Both the position numbers and the translations under genes were made by a program. Under the pieces are notes generated by a model that ran no database searches, was not told the DNA's origin, and saw nothing but the letters and a program-made list of their open reading frames with translations. 21,704 bases of DNA. It comes from a virus. Its lineage: Duplodnaviria > Heunggongvirae > Uroviricota > Caudoviricetes > Drexlerviridae. How positions within the stretch are numbered: the first letter of the stretch is position 1; each line of letters begins with the position of its first letter. The DNA is taken from the IMG/VR virus record IMGVR_UViG_2534682080_000005. One strand, 5' to 3'. Below are positions 1-9,130 of the stretch, one piece after another.

Positions 1-786
1 AAGCATGAAGTGAATCCGCAGATGACCCTGCGTCGCCTGCCGGATGAAGATCCGCAGAATCTGGCGGACCCGGCTTACCGCCGCCGTCGCATCATCATGC
101 AGAACATGCGTGACGAAGAGCTGGCCATTGCTCAGGTCGAAGAGATGCAGGCAGTTTCTGCCGTGCTTAAGGGCAAATACACCATGACCGGTGAAGCCTT
201 CGATCCGGTTGAGGTGGATATGGGCCGCAGTGAGGAGAATAACATCACGCAGTCCGGCGGCACGGAGTGGAGCAAGCGTGACAAGTCCACGTATGACCCG
301 ACCGACGATATCGAAGCCTACGCGCTGAACGCCAGCGGTGTGGTGAATATCATCGTGTTCGATCCGAAAGGCTGGGCGCTGTTCCGTTCCTTCAAAGCCG
401 TCAAGGAGAAGCTGGATACCCGTCGTGGCTCTCATTCCGAGCTGGAGACAGCGGTGAAAGACCTGGGCAAAGCGGTGTCCTATAAGGGGATGTATGGCGA
501 TGTGGCCATCGTCGTGTATTCCGGACAGTACGTGGAAAACGGCGTCAAAAAGAACTTCCTGCCGGACAACACGATGGTGCTGGGGAACACTCAGGCACGC
601 GGTCTGCGCACCTATGGCTGCATTCAGGATGCGGACGCACAGCGCGAAGGCATTAACGCCTCTGCCCGTTACCCGAAAAACTGGGTGACCACCGGCGATC
701 CGGCGCGTGAGTTCACCATGATTCAGTCAGCACCGCTGATGCTGCTGGCTGACCCTGATGAGTTCGTGTCCGTACAACTGGCGTAA
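1..786 (+). CDS. E: Major capsid protein E, 3' portion (5' end lies upstream of the window)
   Basis: Frame is open from nt 1 to the stop at 784-786; the translation ends ...MIQSAPLMLLADPDEFVSVQLA, which I recognise as the C-terminus of lambda gpE. Position immediately upstream of FI fits lambda gene order. Confidence 0.9.
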   Translation, partial: KHEVNPQMTLRRLPDEDPQNLADPAYRRRRIIMQNMRDEELAIAQVEEMQAVSAVLKGKYTMTGEAFDPVEVDMGRSEENNITQSGGTEWSKRDKSTYDPTDDIEAYALNASGVVNIIVFDPKGWALFRSFKAVKEKLDTRRGSHSELETAVKDLGKAVSYKGMYGDVAIVVYSGQYVENGVKKNFLPDNTMVLGNTQARGLRTYGCIQDADAQREGINASARYPKNWVTTGDPAREFTMIQSAPLMLLADPDEFVSVQLA

Positions 787-827
787 TCATGGCCCTTCGG
801 GGCCATTGTTTCTCTGTGGAGGAGTCC

Positions 828-1226
828 ATGACGAAAGATGAACTGATTGCCCGTCTCCGCTCGCTGGGTGAACAACTGAACCGTGATGTCAGCCTGACGG
901 GGACGAAAGAAGAACTGGCGCTCCGTGTGGCAGAGCTGGAAGAGGAGCTTGATGACACGGATGAAACTGCCGGTCAGGACACCCCTCTCAGCCGGGAAAA
1001 TGTGCTGACCGGACATGAAAATGAGGTGGGATCAGCGCAGCCGGATACCGTGATTCTGGATACGTCTGAACTGGTCACGGTCGTGGCACTGGTGAAGCTG
1101 CATACTGATGCACTTCACGCCACGCGGGATGAACCTGTGGCATTTGTGCTGCCGGGAACGGCGTTTCGTGTCTCTGCCGGTGTGGCAGCCGAAATGACAG
1201 AGCGCGGCCTGGCCAGAATGCAATAA
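828..1226 (+). CDS. FI: DNA-packaging protein FI
   Basis: ATG at 828 preceded by GGAGG (819-823); 132 codons, matching lambda FI length; translation MTKDELIARLRSLGEQLN... recognised as FI. The ORF-track start at 789 is probably an upstream in-frame extension. Confidence 0.85.
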   Translation: MTKDELIARLRSLGEQLNRDVSLTGTKEELALRVAELEEELDDTDETAGQDTPLSRENVLTGHENEVGSAQPDTVILDTSELVTVVALVKLHTDALHATRDEPVAFVLPGTAFRVSAGVAAEMTERGLARMQ

Positions 1227-1237
1227 CGGGAGGCGCT

Positions 1238-1591
1238 GTGGCTGATTTCGATAACCTGTTCGATGCTGCCATTGCCCGCGCCGATGAAACGATACGCGGG
1301 TACATGGGAACGTCAGCCACCATGACATCCGGTGAGCAGTCAGGTGCGGTGATACGTGGTGTTTTTGATGACCCTGAAAATATCAGCTATGCCGGACAGG
1401 GCGTGCGCGTTGAAGGCTCCAGCCCGTCCCTGTTTGTCCGGACTGATGAGGTGCGGCAGCTGCGGCGTGGAGACACGCTGACCATCGGTGAGGAAAATTT
1501 CTGGGTAGATCGGGTTTCGCCGGATGATGGCGGAAGTTGTCATCTCTGGCTTGGACGGGGCGTACCGCCTGCCGTTAACCGTCGCCGCTGA
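1238..1591 (+). CDS. FII: Head-tail joining / head completion protein FII
   Basis: GTG start at 1238 after GGGAGG; 117 codons; translation MADFDNLFDAAIARADETIRGYMG... recognised as lambda FII. Confidence 0.85.
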   Translation: MADFDNLFDAAIARADETIRGYMGTSATMTSGEQSGAVIRGVFDDPENISYAGQGVRVEGSSPSLFVRTDEVRQLRRGDTLTIGEENFWVDRVSPDDGGSCHLWLGRGVPPAVNRRR

Positions 1592-1602
1592 AAGGGGGAT
1601 GT

Positions 1603-2185
1603 ATGGCCATAAAAGGTCTTGAGCAGGCCGTTGAAAACCTCAGCCGTATCAGCAAAACGGCGGTGCCTGGTGCCGCCGCAATGGCCATTAACCGCGTTGC
1701 TTCATCCGCGATATCGCAGTCGGCGTCACAAGTTGCCCGTGAGACAAAGGTACGCCGGAAACTGGTAAAGGAAAGGGCCAGGCTGAAAAGGGCCACGGTC
1801 AAAAATCCGCAGGCCAGAATCAAAGTTAACCGGGGGGATTTGCCCGTAATCAAGCTGGGTAATGCGCGGGTTGTCCTTTCGCGCCGCAGGCGTCGTAAAA
1901 AGGGGCAGCGTTCATCCCTGAAAGGTGGCGGCAGCGTGCTTGTGGTGGGTAACCGTCGTATTCCCGGCGCGTTTATTCAGCAACTGAAAAAATGGCCGGT
2001 GGCATGTCATGCAGCGTGTGGCCGGGAAAAAACCGTTACCCCATTGAATGTGGTGAAAAATCCCGATGGCGGTGCCGCTGACCACGGCGTTTAAACAGAA
2101 TATTGAGCGGATACGGCGTGAACGTCTTCCGAAAGAGCTGGGCTATGCGCTGCAGCATCAACTGAGGATGGTAATAAAGCGATGA
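1603..2185 (+). CDS. Z: Tail completion protein Z, reading frame interrupted (frame 1 to 2094, C-terminal 30 codons in the next frame to 2185)
   Basis: N-terminal 130 aa (MAIKGLEQAVENLSRISKTAVPG...) recognised as lambda Z. The C-terminal segment ...[34 protein letters not shown] is readable only in the next frame and ends at the TGA overlapping the U start (ATGA at 2182-2185). Total span is 583 nt versus 579 expected for 192 aa plus stop, consistent with four 1-nt insertions in A-containing runs between about 1985 and 2062. Confidence 0.8.
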
Positions 2186-2577
2186 AACATACTGAACTCC
2201 GTGCAGCCGTACTGGATGCACTGGAGAAGCATGACACCGGGGCGACGTTTTTTGATGGTCGCCCCGCTGTTTTTGATGAGGCGGATTTTCCGGCAGTTGC
2301 CGTTTATCTCACCGGCGCTGAATACACGGGCGAAGAGCTGGACAGCGATACCTGGCAGGCGGAGCTGCATATCGAAGTTTTCCTGCCTGCTCAGGTGCCG
2401 GATTCAGAGCTGGATGCGTGGATGGAGTCCCGGATTTATCCGGTGATGAGCGATATCCCGGCACTGTCAGATTTGATCACCAGTATGGTGGCCAGCGGCT
2501 ATGACTACCGGCGCGACGATGATGCGGGCCTGTGGAGTTCAGCCGATCTGACTTATGTCATTACCTATGAAATGTGA
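2182..2577 (+). CDS. U: Tail tube terminator protein U
   Basis: 131 codons; ATG overlaps the Z stop; translation [26 protein letters not shown]... recognised as lambda U. Confidence 0.9.
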   Translation: MKHTELRAAVLDALEKHDTGATFFDGRPAVFDEADFPAVAVYLTGAEYTGEELDSDTWQAELHIEVFLPAQVPDSELDAWMESRIYPVMSDIPALSDLITSMVASGYDYRRDDDAGLWSSADLTYVITYEM

Positions 2578-2584
2578 GGACGCT

Positions 2585-3325
2585 ATGCCTGTACCAAATC
2601 CTACAATGCCGGTGAAAGGTGCCGGGACCACCCTGTGGGTTTATAAGGGGAGCGGTGACCCTTATGCGAATCCGCTTTCAGACGTTGACTGGTCGCGTCT
2701 GGCAAAAGTTAAAGACCTGACGCCCGGCGAACTGACCGCTGAGTCCTATGACGACAGCTATCTCGATGATGAAGATGCAGACTGGACTGCGACCGGGCAG
2801 GGGCAGAAATCTGCCGGAGATACCAGCTTCACGCTGGCGTGGATGCCCGGAGAGCAGGGGCAGCAGGCGCTGCTGGCGTGGTTTAATGAAGGCGATACCC
2901 GTGCCTATAAAATCCGCTTCCCGAACGGCACGGTCGATGTGTTCCGTGGCTGGGTCAGCAGTATCGGTAAGGCGGTGACGGCGAAGGAAGTGATCACCCG
3001 CACGGTGAAAGTCACCAATGTGGGACGTCCGTCGATGGCAGAAGATCGCAGCACGGTAACAGCGGCAACCTGCATGACCGTGACGCCTGCCAGCACCTCG
3101 GTGGTGAAAGGGCAGAGCACCACGCTGACCGTGGCCTTCCAGCCGGAGGGCGTAACCGACAAGAGCTTTCGTGCGGTGTCTGCGGATAAAACAAAAGCCA
3201 CCGTGTCGGTCAGTGGTATGACCATCACCGTGAACGGCGTTGCTGCAGGCAAGGTCAACATTCCGGTTGTATCCGGTAATGGTGAGTTTGCTGCGGTTGC
3301 AGAAATCACCGTCACCGCCAGTTAA
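2585..3325 (+). CDS. V: Major tail tube protein V, with C-terminal Ig-like (Big_2-type) domain
   Basis: ATG at 2585 after TGAGGA (2575-2580); 246 codons; translation [31 protein letters not shown]... recognised as lambda V. The ORF-track start at 2555 is an upstream extension overlapping U. Confidence 0.9.
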   Translation: MPVPNPTMPVKGAGTTLWVYKGSGDPYANPLSDVDWSRLAKVKDLTPGELTAESYDDSYLDDEDADWTATGQGQKSAGDTSFTLAWMPGEQGQQALLAWFNEGDTRAYKIRFPNGTVDVFRGWVSSIGKAVTAKEVITRTVKVTNVGRPSMAEDRSTVTAATCMTVTPASTSVVKGQSTTLTVAFQPEGVTDKSFRAVSADKTKATVSVSGMTITVNGVAAGKVNIPVVSGNGEFAAVAEITVTAS

Positions 3326-3340
3326 TCCGGGGAGTCAGAG

Positions 3341-3763
3341 ATGTTCCTGAAAACCGAATCATTTGAACATAACGGTGTGACCGTCACGCTTTCTGAACTG
3401 TCAGCCCTGCAGCGTATTGAGCATCTCGCCCTGATGAAACGGCAGGCAGAACAGGCGGAGTCAGACAGCAACCGGAAGTTTACTGTGGAAGACGCCATCA
3501 GAACCGGCGCGTTTCTGGTGGCGATGTCCCTGTGGCATAACCATCCGAAGAAGACAAAGCTGCCTTCCATGAATGAAGCCGTTAAACAGATTGAGCAGGA
3601 AGTGCTTACCACCTGGCCCACGGAGGCAATTTCTCATGCTGAAAACGTGGTGTACCGGCTGTCCGGTATGTATGAGTTTGTGGTGAATGATGCTCCTGAA
3701 CAGACAGAGGACGCCGGGCCTGCAGAGCCTGTTTCTGCGGGAAAGTGTTCGATGGTGAGCTGA
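3341..3763 (+). CDS. G: Tail assembly chaperone G
   Basis: 140 codons; RBS GGGGAG upstream; translation MFLKTESFEHNGVTVTLSELSALQRIEHL... recognised as lambda G; ends ...AGKCSMVS just after the slippery heptamer. Confidence 0.9.
   Translation: MFLKTESFEHNGVTVTLSELSALQRIEHLALMKRQAEQAESDSNRKFTVEDAIRTGAFLVAMSLWHNHPKKTKLPSMNEAVKQIEQEVLTTWPTEAISHAENVVYRLSGMYEFVVNDAPEQTEDAGPAEPVSAGKCSMVS
3739..3745 (+). promoter_or_regulatory. Programmed -1 ribosomal frameshift slippery heptamer G GGA AAG (G to G-T fusion)
   Basis: GGGAAAG lies in the G frame as G|GGA|AAG, 6 codons before the G stop; the -1 frame opens directly after it and encodes T-like sequence (VFDGELSFALKLAREMGRPDWRAMLAG...). This is the conserved G-T frameshift of lambda-like tail operons. 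Confidence 0.8.
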
Positions 3764-4176
3764 GTTTTGCCCTGAAACTGGCGCGAGAGATGGGGCGACC
3801 CGACTGGCGTGCCATGCTTGCCGGGATGTCATCCACGGAGTATGCCGACTGGCACCGCTTTACAGTACCCATTATTTCATGATGTTCTGCTGGATATGCA
3901 CTTTTCCGGCTGACGTACACCGTGCTCAGCCTGTTTTTCAGCGATCCGGATATGCATCCGCTGGATTTCAGTCTGCTGAACCGGCGTGAGGCTGACGAAG
4001 AGCCTGAAGATGATGTGCTGATGCAGAAAGCGGCAGGGCTTGCCGGAGGCGTCCGCTTTGGCCCGGAAGGGAATGAAGTTATCCCCGCTTCCCCGGATGT
4101 GGCGGACATGACGGAGGATGACGTAATGCTGATGACAGTATCAGAAGGGATCGCAGGAGGAGTCCGGTATGGCTGA
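3745..4176 (+). CDS. T: Tail assembly protein T segment of the gpG-T frameshift product; frame locally disrupted at about 3859-3910 with an in-frame TGA at 3880-3882
   Basis: The -1 frame after the slippery site gives T-like sequence; the C-terminal 84 aa (ORF 3922..4176, ...SLFFSDPDMHPLDFSLLNRREADEEPEDDVLMQKAAGLAGGVRFGPEGNEV...GGVRYG) are recognised as the lambda T C-terminus and end 8 nt into H, as in lambda. Between 3859 and 3910 three apparent 1-nt run-length deletions (TTTT>TTT, CC>C, GGG>GG) scramble about 17 codons and create a stop. The G-start to T-end distance is 3 nt shorter than in lambda. Confidence 0.75.
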
Positions 4177-6728
4177 ACCGGTAGGCGATCTGGTCGTTGA
4201 TTTAAGTCTGGATGCGGCCAGATTTGACGAGCAGATGGCCAGAGTCAGGCGTCATTTTTCCGGTACGGAAACTGATGCGAAAAAAACAGCGGCAGTCGTT
4301 GAACAGTCGCTGAGCCGACAGGCGCTGGCTGCACAGAAAGCGGGGATTTCCGTCGGGCAGTATAAAGCCGCCATGCGTATGCTGCCTGCACAGTTCACCG
4401 ACGTGGCCACGCAGCTTGCAGGCGGGCAAAGTCCGTGGCTGATCCTGCTGCAACAGGGGGGTCAGGTGAAGGACTCCTTCGGCGGGATGATCCCCATGTT
4501 CCGGGGGCTTGCCGGTGCGATCACCCTGCCGATGGTGGGGGCTACCTCGCTGGCGGTGGCGACCGGAGCGCTGGCGTATGCCTGGTATCAGGGCAACTCA
4601 ACCCTGTCCGATTTCAACAAAACGCTGGTCCTTTCCGGCAATCAGGCGGGACTGACGGCAGATCGTATGCTGGTCCTGTCCAGAGCCGGGCAGGCGGCAG
4701 GGCTGACGTTTAACCAGACCAGCGAGTCACTCAGCGCACTGGTTAAGGCGGGGGTAAGCGGTGAGGCTCAGATTGCGTCCATCAGCCAGAGTGTGGCGCG
4801 TTTCTCCTCTGCATCCGGCGTGGAGGTGGACAAGGTCGCTGAAGCCTTCGGGAAGCTGACCACAGACCCGACGTCGGGGCTGACGGCGATGGCACGCCAG
4901 TTCCATAACGTGACGGCGGAGCAGATTGCGTATGTTGCTCAGTTGCAGCGTTCCGGCGATGAAGCCGGGGCATTGCAGGCGGCGAACGAGGCCGCAACGA
5001 AAGGGTTTGATGACCAGACCCGCCGCCTGAAAGAGAACATGGGCACGCTGGAAACCTGGGCAGACAGGACAGCACGGGCATTCAAATCCATGTGGGATGC
5101 GGTGCTGGATATTGGTCGTCCTGATACCGCGCAGGAGATGCTGATTAAGGCAGAGGCCGCGTTTAAGAAAGCGGACGATATCTGGAATCTGCGCAAGGAT
5201 GATTATTTTGTTAACGATGAAGCGCGGGCGCGTTACTGGGATGATCGTGAAAAGGCCGTCTTGCGCTTGAAGCCGCCGAAAGAAGGCTGAGCAGCAGAGT
5301 CAACAGGACAAAAATGCGCAGCAGCAGAGCGATACCGAAGCGTCACGGCTGAAATATACCGAAGAGGCGCAGAAGGCTTATGAACGCCTGCAGACGCCGC
5401 TGGAGAAATATACCGCCCGTCAGGAAGAACTGAACAAGGCACTGAAAGACGGGAAAATCCTGCAGGCGGATTACAACACGCTGATGGCGGCGGCGAAAAA
5501 GGATTATGAAGCGACGCTGAAAAAGCCGAAACAGTCCGGCGTGAAGGTGTCTGCGGGCGACCGTCAGGAAGACAGTGCTCATGCTGCCCTGCTGACGCTT
5601 CAGGCAGAACTCCGGACGCTGGAGAAGCATGCCGGAGCAAATGAGAAAATCAGCCAGCAGCGCCGGGATTTGTGGAAGGCGGAGAGTCAGTTCGCGGTAC
5701 TGGAGGAGGCGGCGCAACGTCGCCAGCTGTCTGCACAGGAGAAATCCCTGCTGGCGCATAAAGATGAGACGCTGGAGTACAAACGCCAGCTGGCTGCACT
5801 TGGCGACAAGGTTACGTATCAGGAGCGCCTGAACGCGCTGGCGCAGCAGGCGGATAAATTCGCACAGCAGCAACGGGCAAAACGGGCCGCCATTGATGCG
5901 AAAAGCCGGGGGCTGACTGACCGGCAGGCAGAACGGGAAGCCACGGAACAGCGCCTGAAGGAACAGTATGGCGATAATCCGCTGGCGCTGAATAACGTCA
6001 TGTCAGAGCAGAAAAAGACCTGGGCGGCTGAAGACCAGCTTCGCGGGAGCTGGATGGCAGGCCTGAAGTCCGGCTGGAGTGAGTGGGAAGAGAGCGCCAC
6101 GGACAGTATGTCGCAGGTAAAAAGTGCAGCCACGCAGACCTTTGATGGTATTGCACAGAATATGGCGGCGATGCTGACCGGCAGTGAGCAGAACTGGCGC
6201 AGCTTCACCCGTTCCGTGCTGTCCATGATGACAGAAATTCTGCTTAAGCAGGCAATGGTGGGGATTGTCGGGAGTATCGGCAGCGCCATTGGCGGGGCTG
6301 TTGGTGGCGGCGCATCCGCGTCAGGCGGTACAGCCATTCAGGCCGCTGCGGCGAAATTCCATTTTGCAACCGGAGGATTTACGGGAACCGGCGGCAAATA
6401 TGAGCCAGCGGGGATTGTTCACCGTGGTGAATTTGTCTTCACGAAGGAGGCAACCAGCCGGATTGGCGTGGGGAATCTTTACCGGCTGATGCGCGGCTAT
6501 GCCACCGGCGGTTATGTCGGTACACCGGGCAGCATGGCAGACAGCCGGTCGCAGGCGTCCGGGACGTTTGAGCAGAATAACCATGTGGTGATTAACAACG
6601 ACGGCACGAACGGGCAGATAGGTCCGGCTGCTCTGAAGGCGGTGTATGACATGGCCCGCAAGGGTGCCCGTGATGAAATTCAGACACAGATGCGTGATGG
6701 TGGCCTGTTCTCCGGAGGTGGACGATGA
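4169..6728 (+). CDS. H: Tail tape measure protein H; frame interrupted near 5255-5286 (ORFs 4169..5290 and 5484..6728 are one gene)
   Basis: Both long ORFs are recognised as contiguous parts of lambda gpH (N-term MAEPVGDLVVDLSLDAARFDEQMARVRRHF...; C-term ...MRDGGLFSGGGR). The downstream frame is open back to 5271. Span is 2560 nt versus 2562 expected for 853 aa plus stop, consistent with two 1-nt deletions (GCCC>GCC near 5257, AAAG>AAG near 5283). AGGAGG RBS precedes the ATG. Confidence 0.85.
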
Positions 6729-7054
6729 AGACCTTCCGCTGGAAAGTGAAACCCGGTATGGATGTGGCTTCGGTCCCTTCTGTAAGAAAGGTGCGCTTTG
6801 GTGATGGCTATTCTCAGCGAGCGCCTGCCGGGCTGAATGCCAACCTGAAAACGTACAGCGTGACGCTTTCTGTCCCCCGTGAGGAGGCCACGGTACTGGA
6901 GTCGTTTCTGGAAGAGCACGGGGGCTGGAAATCCTTTCTGTGGACGCCGCCTTATGAGTGGCGGCAGATAAAGGTGACCTGCGCAAAATGGTCGTCGCGG
7001 GTCAGTATGTTGCGTGTTGAGTTCAGCGCAGAGTTTGAACAGGTGGTGAACTGA
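6725..7054 (+). CDS. M: Tail tip assembly protein M
   Basis: 109 codons; start overlaps the H stop; translation MKTFRWKVKPGMDVASVPSVRKVRFGDGYSQRAPAG... recognised as lambda M. Confidence 0.9.
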   Translation: MKTFRWKVKPGMDVASVPSVRKVRFGDGYSQRAPAGLNANLKTYSVTLSVPREEATVLESFLEEHGGWKSFLWTPPYEWRQIKVTCAKWSSRVSMLRVEFSAEFEQVVN

Positions 7055-7753
7055 TGCAGGATATCCGGCAGGAAACACTGAATGAATGCACCCGTGCGGA
7101 GCAGTCGGCCAGCGTGGTGCTCTGGGAAATCGACCTGACAGAGGTCGGTGGAGAACGTTTATTTTTCTGTAATGAGCAGAACGGAAAAGGTGAGCCGGTC
7201 ACCTGGCAGGGGCGACAGTATCAGCCGTATCCCATTCAGGGGAGCGGTTTTGAACTGAATGGCAAAGGCACCAGTACGCGCCCCACGCTGACGGTTTCTA
7301 ACCTGTACGGTATGGTCACCGGGATGGCGGAAGATATGCAGAGTCTGGTCGGCGGAACGGTGGTCCGGCGTAAGGTTTACGCCCGTTTTCTGGATGCGGT
7401 GAACTTCGTCAACGGAAACAGTTACGCCGATCCGGAGCAGGAGGTGATCAGCCGCTGGCGCATTGAGCAGTGCAGCGAACTGAGCGCGGTGAGTGCCTCC
7501 TTTGTACTGTCCACGCCGAACGGAAACGGATGGCGCTTGTTTTCCGGGACGTATCATGCTGGCCAACACCTGCACCTGGACCTATCGCGGCGATGAGTGC
7601 GGTTATAGCGGTCCGGCGGTCGCGGATGAATATGACCAGCCGACGTCCGATATCACGAAGGATAAATGCAGCAAATGCCTGAGTGGCTGTAAGTTTCGCA
7701 ATAATGTCGGCAACTTTGGCAGCTTCCTTTCCATTAACAAACTTTCGCAGTAA
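7054..7753 (+). CDS. L: Tail tip protein L; frame interrupted near 7519 (ORFs 7054..7596 and 7493..7753 are one gene)
   Basis: N-terminal 155 aa and C-terminal 75 aa (including the Cys-rich ...CTWTYRGDECGYSGPAVADEYDQPTSDITKDKCSKCLSGCKFRNN...) are recognised as lambda L in two frames. Span is 700 nt versus 699 expected for 232 aa plus stop, consistent with one inserted A at about 7519-7520 (CCGAACGG). Start overlaps the M stop (TGATG). Confidence 0.85.
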
Positions 7754-7758
7754 ATCCC

Positions 7759-8501
7759 ATGACACAGACAGAATCAGCGATTCTGGCGCACGCCCGGCGA
7801 TGTGCGCCAGCGGAGTCGTGCGGCTTCGTGGTAAGCACGCCGAGGGGGAAAGATATTTTCCCTGCGTGAATATCTCCGGTGAGCCGGAGGCGTATTTCCG
7901 TATGTCGCCGGAAGACTGGCTGCAGGCAGAAATGCAGGGTGAGATTGTGGCGCTGGTCCACAGCCACCCCGGTGGTCTGCCCTGGCTGAGTGAGGCCGAC
8001 CGGCGGCTGCAGGTGCAGAGTGATTTGCCGTGGTGGCTGGTCTGCCGGGGGACGATTCATAAGTTCCGCTGTGTGCCGCATCTCACCGGGCGGCGCTTTG
8101 AGCACGGTGTGACGGACTGTTACACACTGTTCCGGGATGCTTATCATCTGGCGGGGATTGAGATGCCGGACTTTTATCGTGAGGATGACTGGTGGCGTAA
8201 CGGCCAGAATCTCTATCTGGATAATCTGGAGGCGACGGGGCTGTATCAGGTGCCGTTGTCAGCGGCACAGCCGGGCGATGTGCTGCTGTGCTGTTTTGGT
8301 TCATCAGTGCCGAATCACGCCGCAATTTACTGCGGCGACGGCGAGCTGCTGCACCATATTCCTGAACAACTGAGCAAACGAGAGAGGTACACCGACAAAT
8401 GGCAGCGACGCACACACTCCCTCTGGCGTCGCCGGGCATGGCGCGCATCTGCCTTTACGGGGATTTACAACGATTTGGTCGCCGCATCGACCTTCGTGTG
8501 A
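7759..8501 (+). CDS. K: Tail tip assembly protein K (MPN/JAB + NlpC/P60). Residues from Met at 7902 form an intact 199-codon frame; the N-terminal 29 codons from ATG 7759 are in a different frame
   Basis: Frame 0 (7902..8501) encodes ...VALVHSHPGGLPWLSEADRR... (JAB H-x-H motif) and ...GVTDCYTLFRDAYHLAG... (NlpC/P60-type Cys), and overlaps I by 103 nt as lambda K does. ATG 7759, directly after L, encodes MTQTESAILAHARRCAPAESCGFVVSTP with the E-x-C-G JAMM-type N-terminal motif, but in frame 1, which stops at 7867-7869; joining the two needs a 1-nt change near 7842-7850. Confidence 0.75.
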
Positions 8502-9070
8502 AAACGGGGGCTGAAGCCATCCGGGCACTGGCCACACAGCTCCCGGCGTTTCGTCAGAAACTGAGCGACGGCTGGTATCAGGTACGGATTGCCGGGCGGG
8601 ACGTCAGCACGTCCGGGTTAACGGCGCAGTTACATGAGACTCTGCCTGATGGCGCTGTGATTCATATTGTTCCCAGAGTCGCCGGGGCCAAGTCAGGTGG
8701 CGTATTCCAGATTGTCCTGGGGGCTGCCGCCATTGCCGGATCATTCTTTACCGCCGGAGCCACCCTTGCAGCATGGGGGGCAGCCATTGGGACCGGTGGT
8801 ATGACCGGCATCCTGTTTTCTCTCGGTGCCAGTATGGTGCTCGGTGGTGTGGCGCAGATGCTGGCACCGAAAGCCAGAACTCCCCGTACACAGACAACGG
8901 ATAACGGTAAGCAGAACACCTATTTCTCCTCACTGGATAACATGGTTGCCCAGGGCAATGTTCTGCCTGTTCTGTACGGGGAAATGCGCGTGGGGTCTCG
9001 CGTGGTTTCTCAGGAGATCAGCACGGCAGACGAAGGGGACGGTGGTCAGGTTGTGGTGATTGGTCGCTGA
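8399..9070 (+). CDS. I: Tail tip assembly protein I
   Basis: 223 codons; translation MAATHTLPLASPGMARICLYGDLQRFGRRIDLRVKTGAEAIRALATQLP... recognised as lambda I; begins inside the 3' end of K. Confidence 0.9.
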   Translation: MAATHTLPLASPGMARICLYGDLQRFGRRIDLRVKTGAEAIRALATQLPAFRQKLSDGWYQVRIAGRDVSTSGLTAQLHETLPDGAVIHIVPRVAGAKSGGVFQIVLGAAAIAGSFFTAGATLAAWGAAIGTGGMTGILFSLGASMVLGGVAQMLAPKARTPRTQTTDNGKQNTYFSSLDNMVAQGNVLPVLYGEMRVGSRVVSQEISTADEGDGGQVVVIGR

Positions 9071-9088
9071 TGCAAAATGTTTTATGTG

Positions 9089-9115
9089 AAACCGCCTGCG
9101 GGCGGTTTTGTCATT
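9089..9115 (+). terminator. Intrinsic terminator or attenuator hairpin between I and J
   Basis: AAACCGCC (9089-9096), loop TGCG, GGCGGTTT (9101-9108), then a T-rich tail; perfect 8-bp GC-rich stem read directly from the sequence. Confidence 0.55.
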
Positions 9116-9130
9116 TATGGAGCGTGAGGA

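Noticed and set aside
2905-3315. Minus-strand 136-aa ORF
   Set aside because: Antisense to the V Ig-like domain; no independent support.
5343-5873. Minus-strand 176-aa ORF rich in Leu, Arg and Gln
   Set aside because: Antisense to the coiled-coil region of H; a mirror artefact of a repetitive Ala/Gln/Glu-rich coding strand.
6321-7078. Minus-strand ORFs of 221 and 132 aa
   Set aside because: Antisense to H, M and L; low-complexity Arg/Pro-rich translation. Spurious.
7842-7852. GGGGGAAAG in K resembling the G-T slippery site, as a possible second programmed frameshift
   Set aside because: The GGGAAAG heptamer is phased G|GGA|AAG only in frame 2, not in the frame of the upstream K N-terminus (frame 1), so canonical -1 slippage would not link the two K frames.
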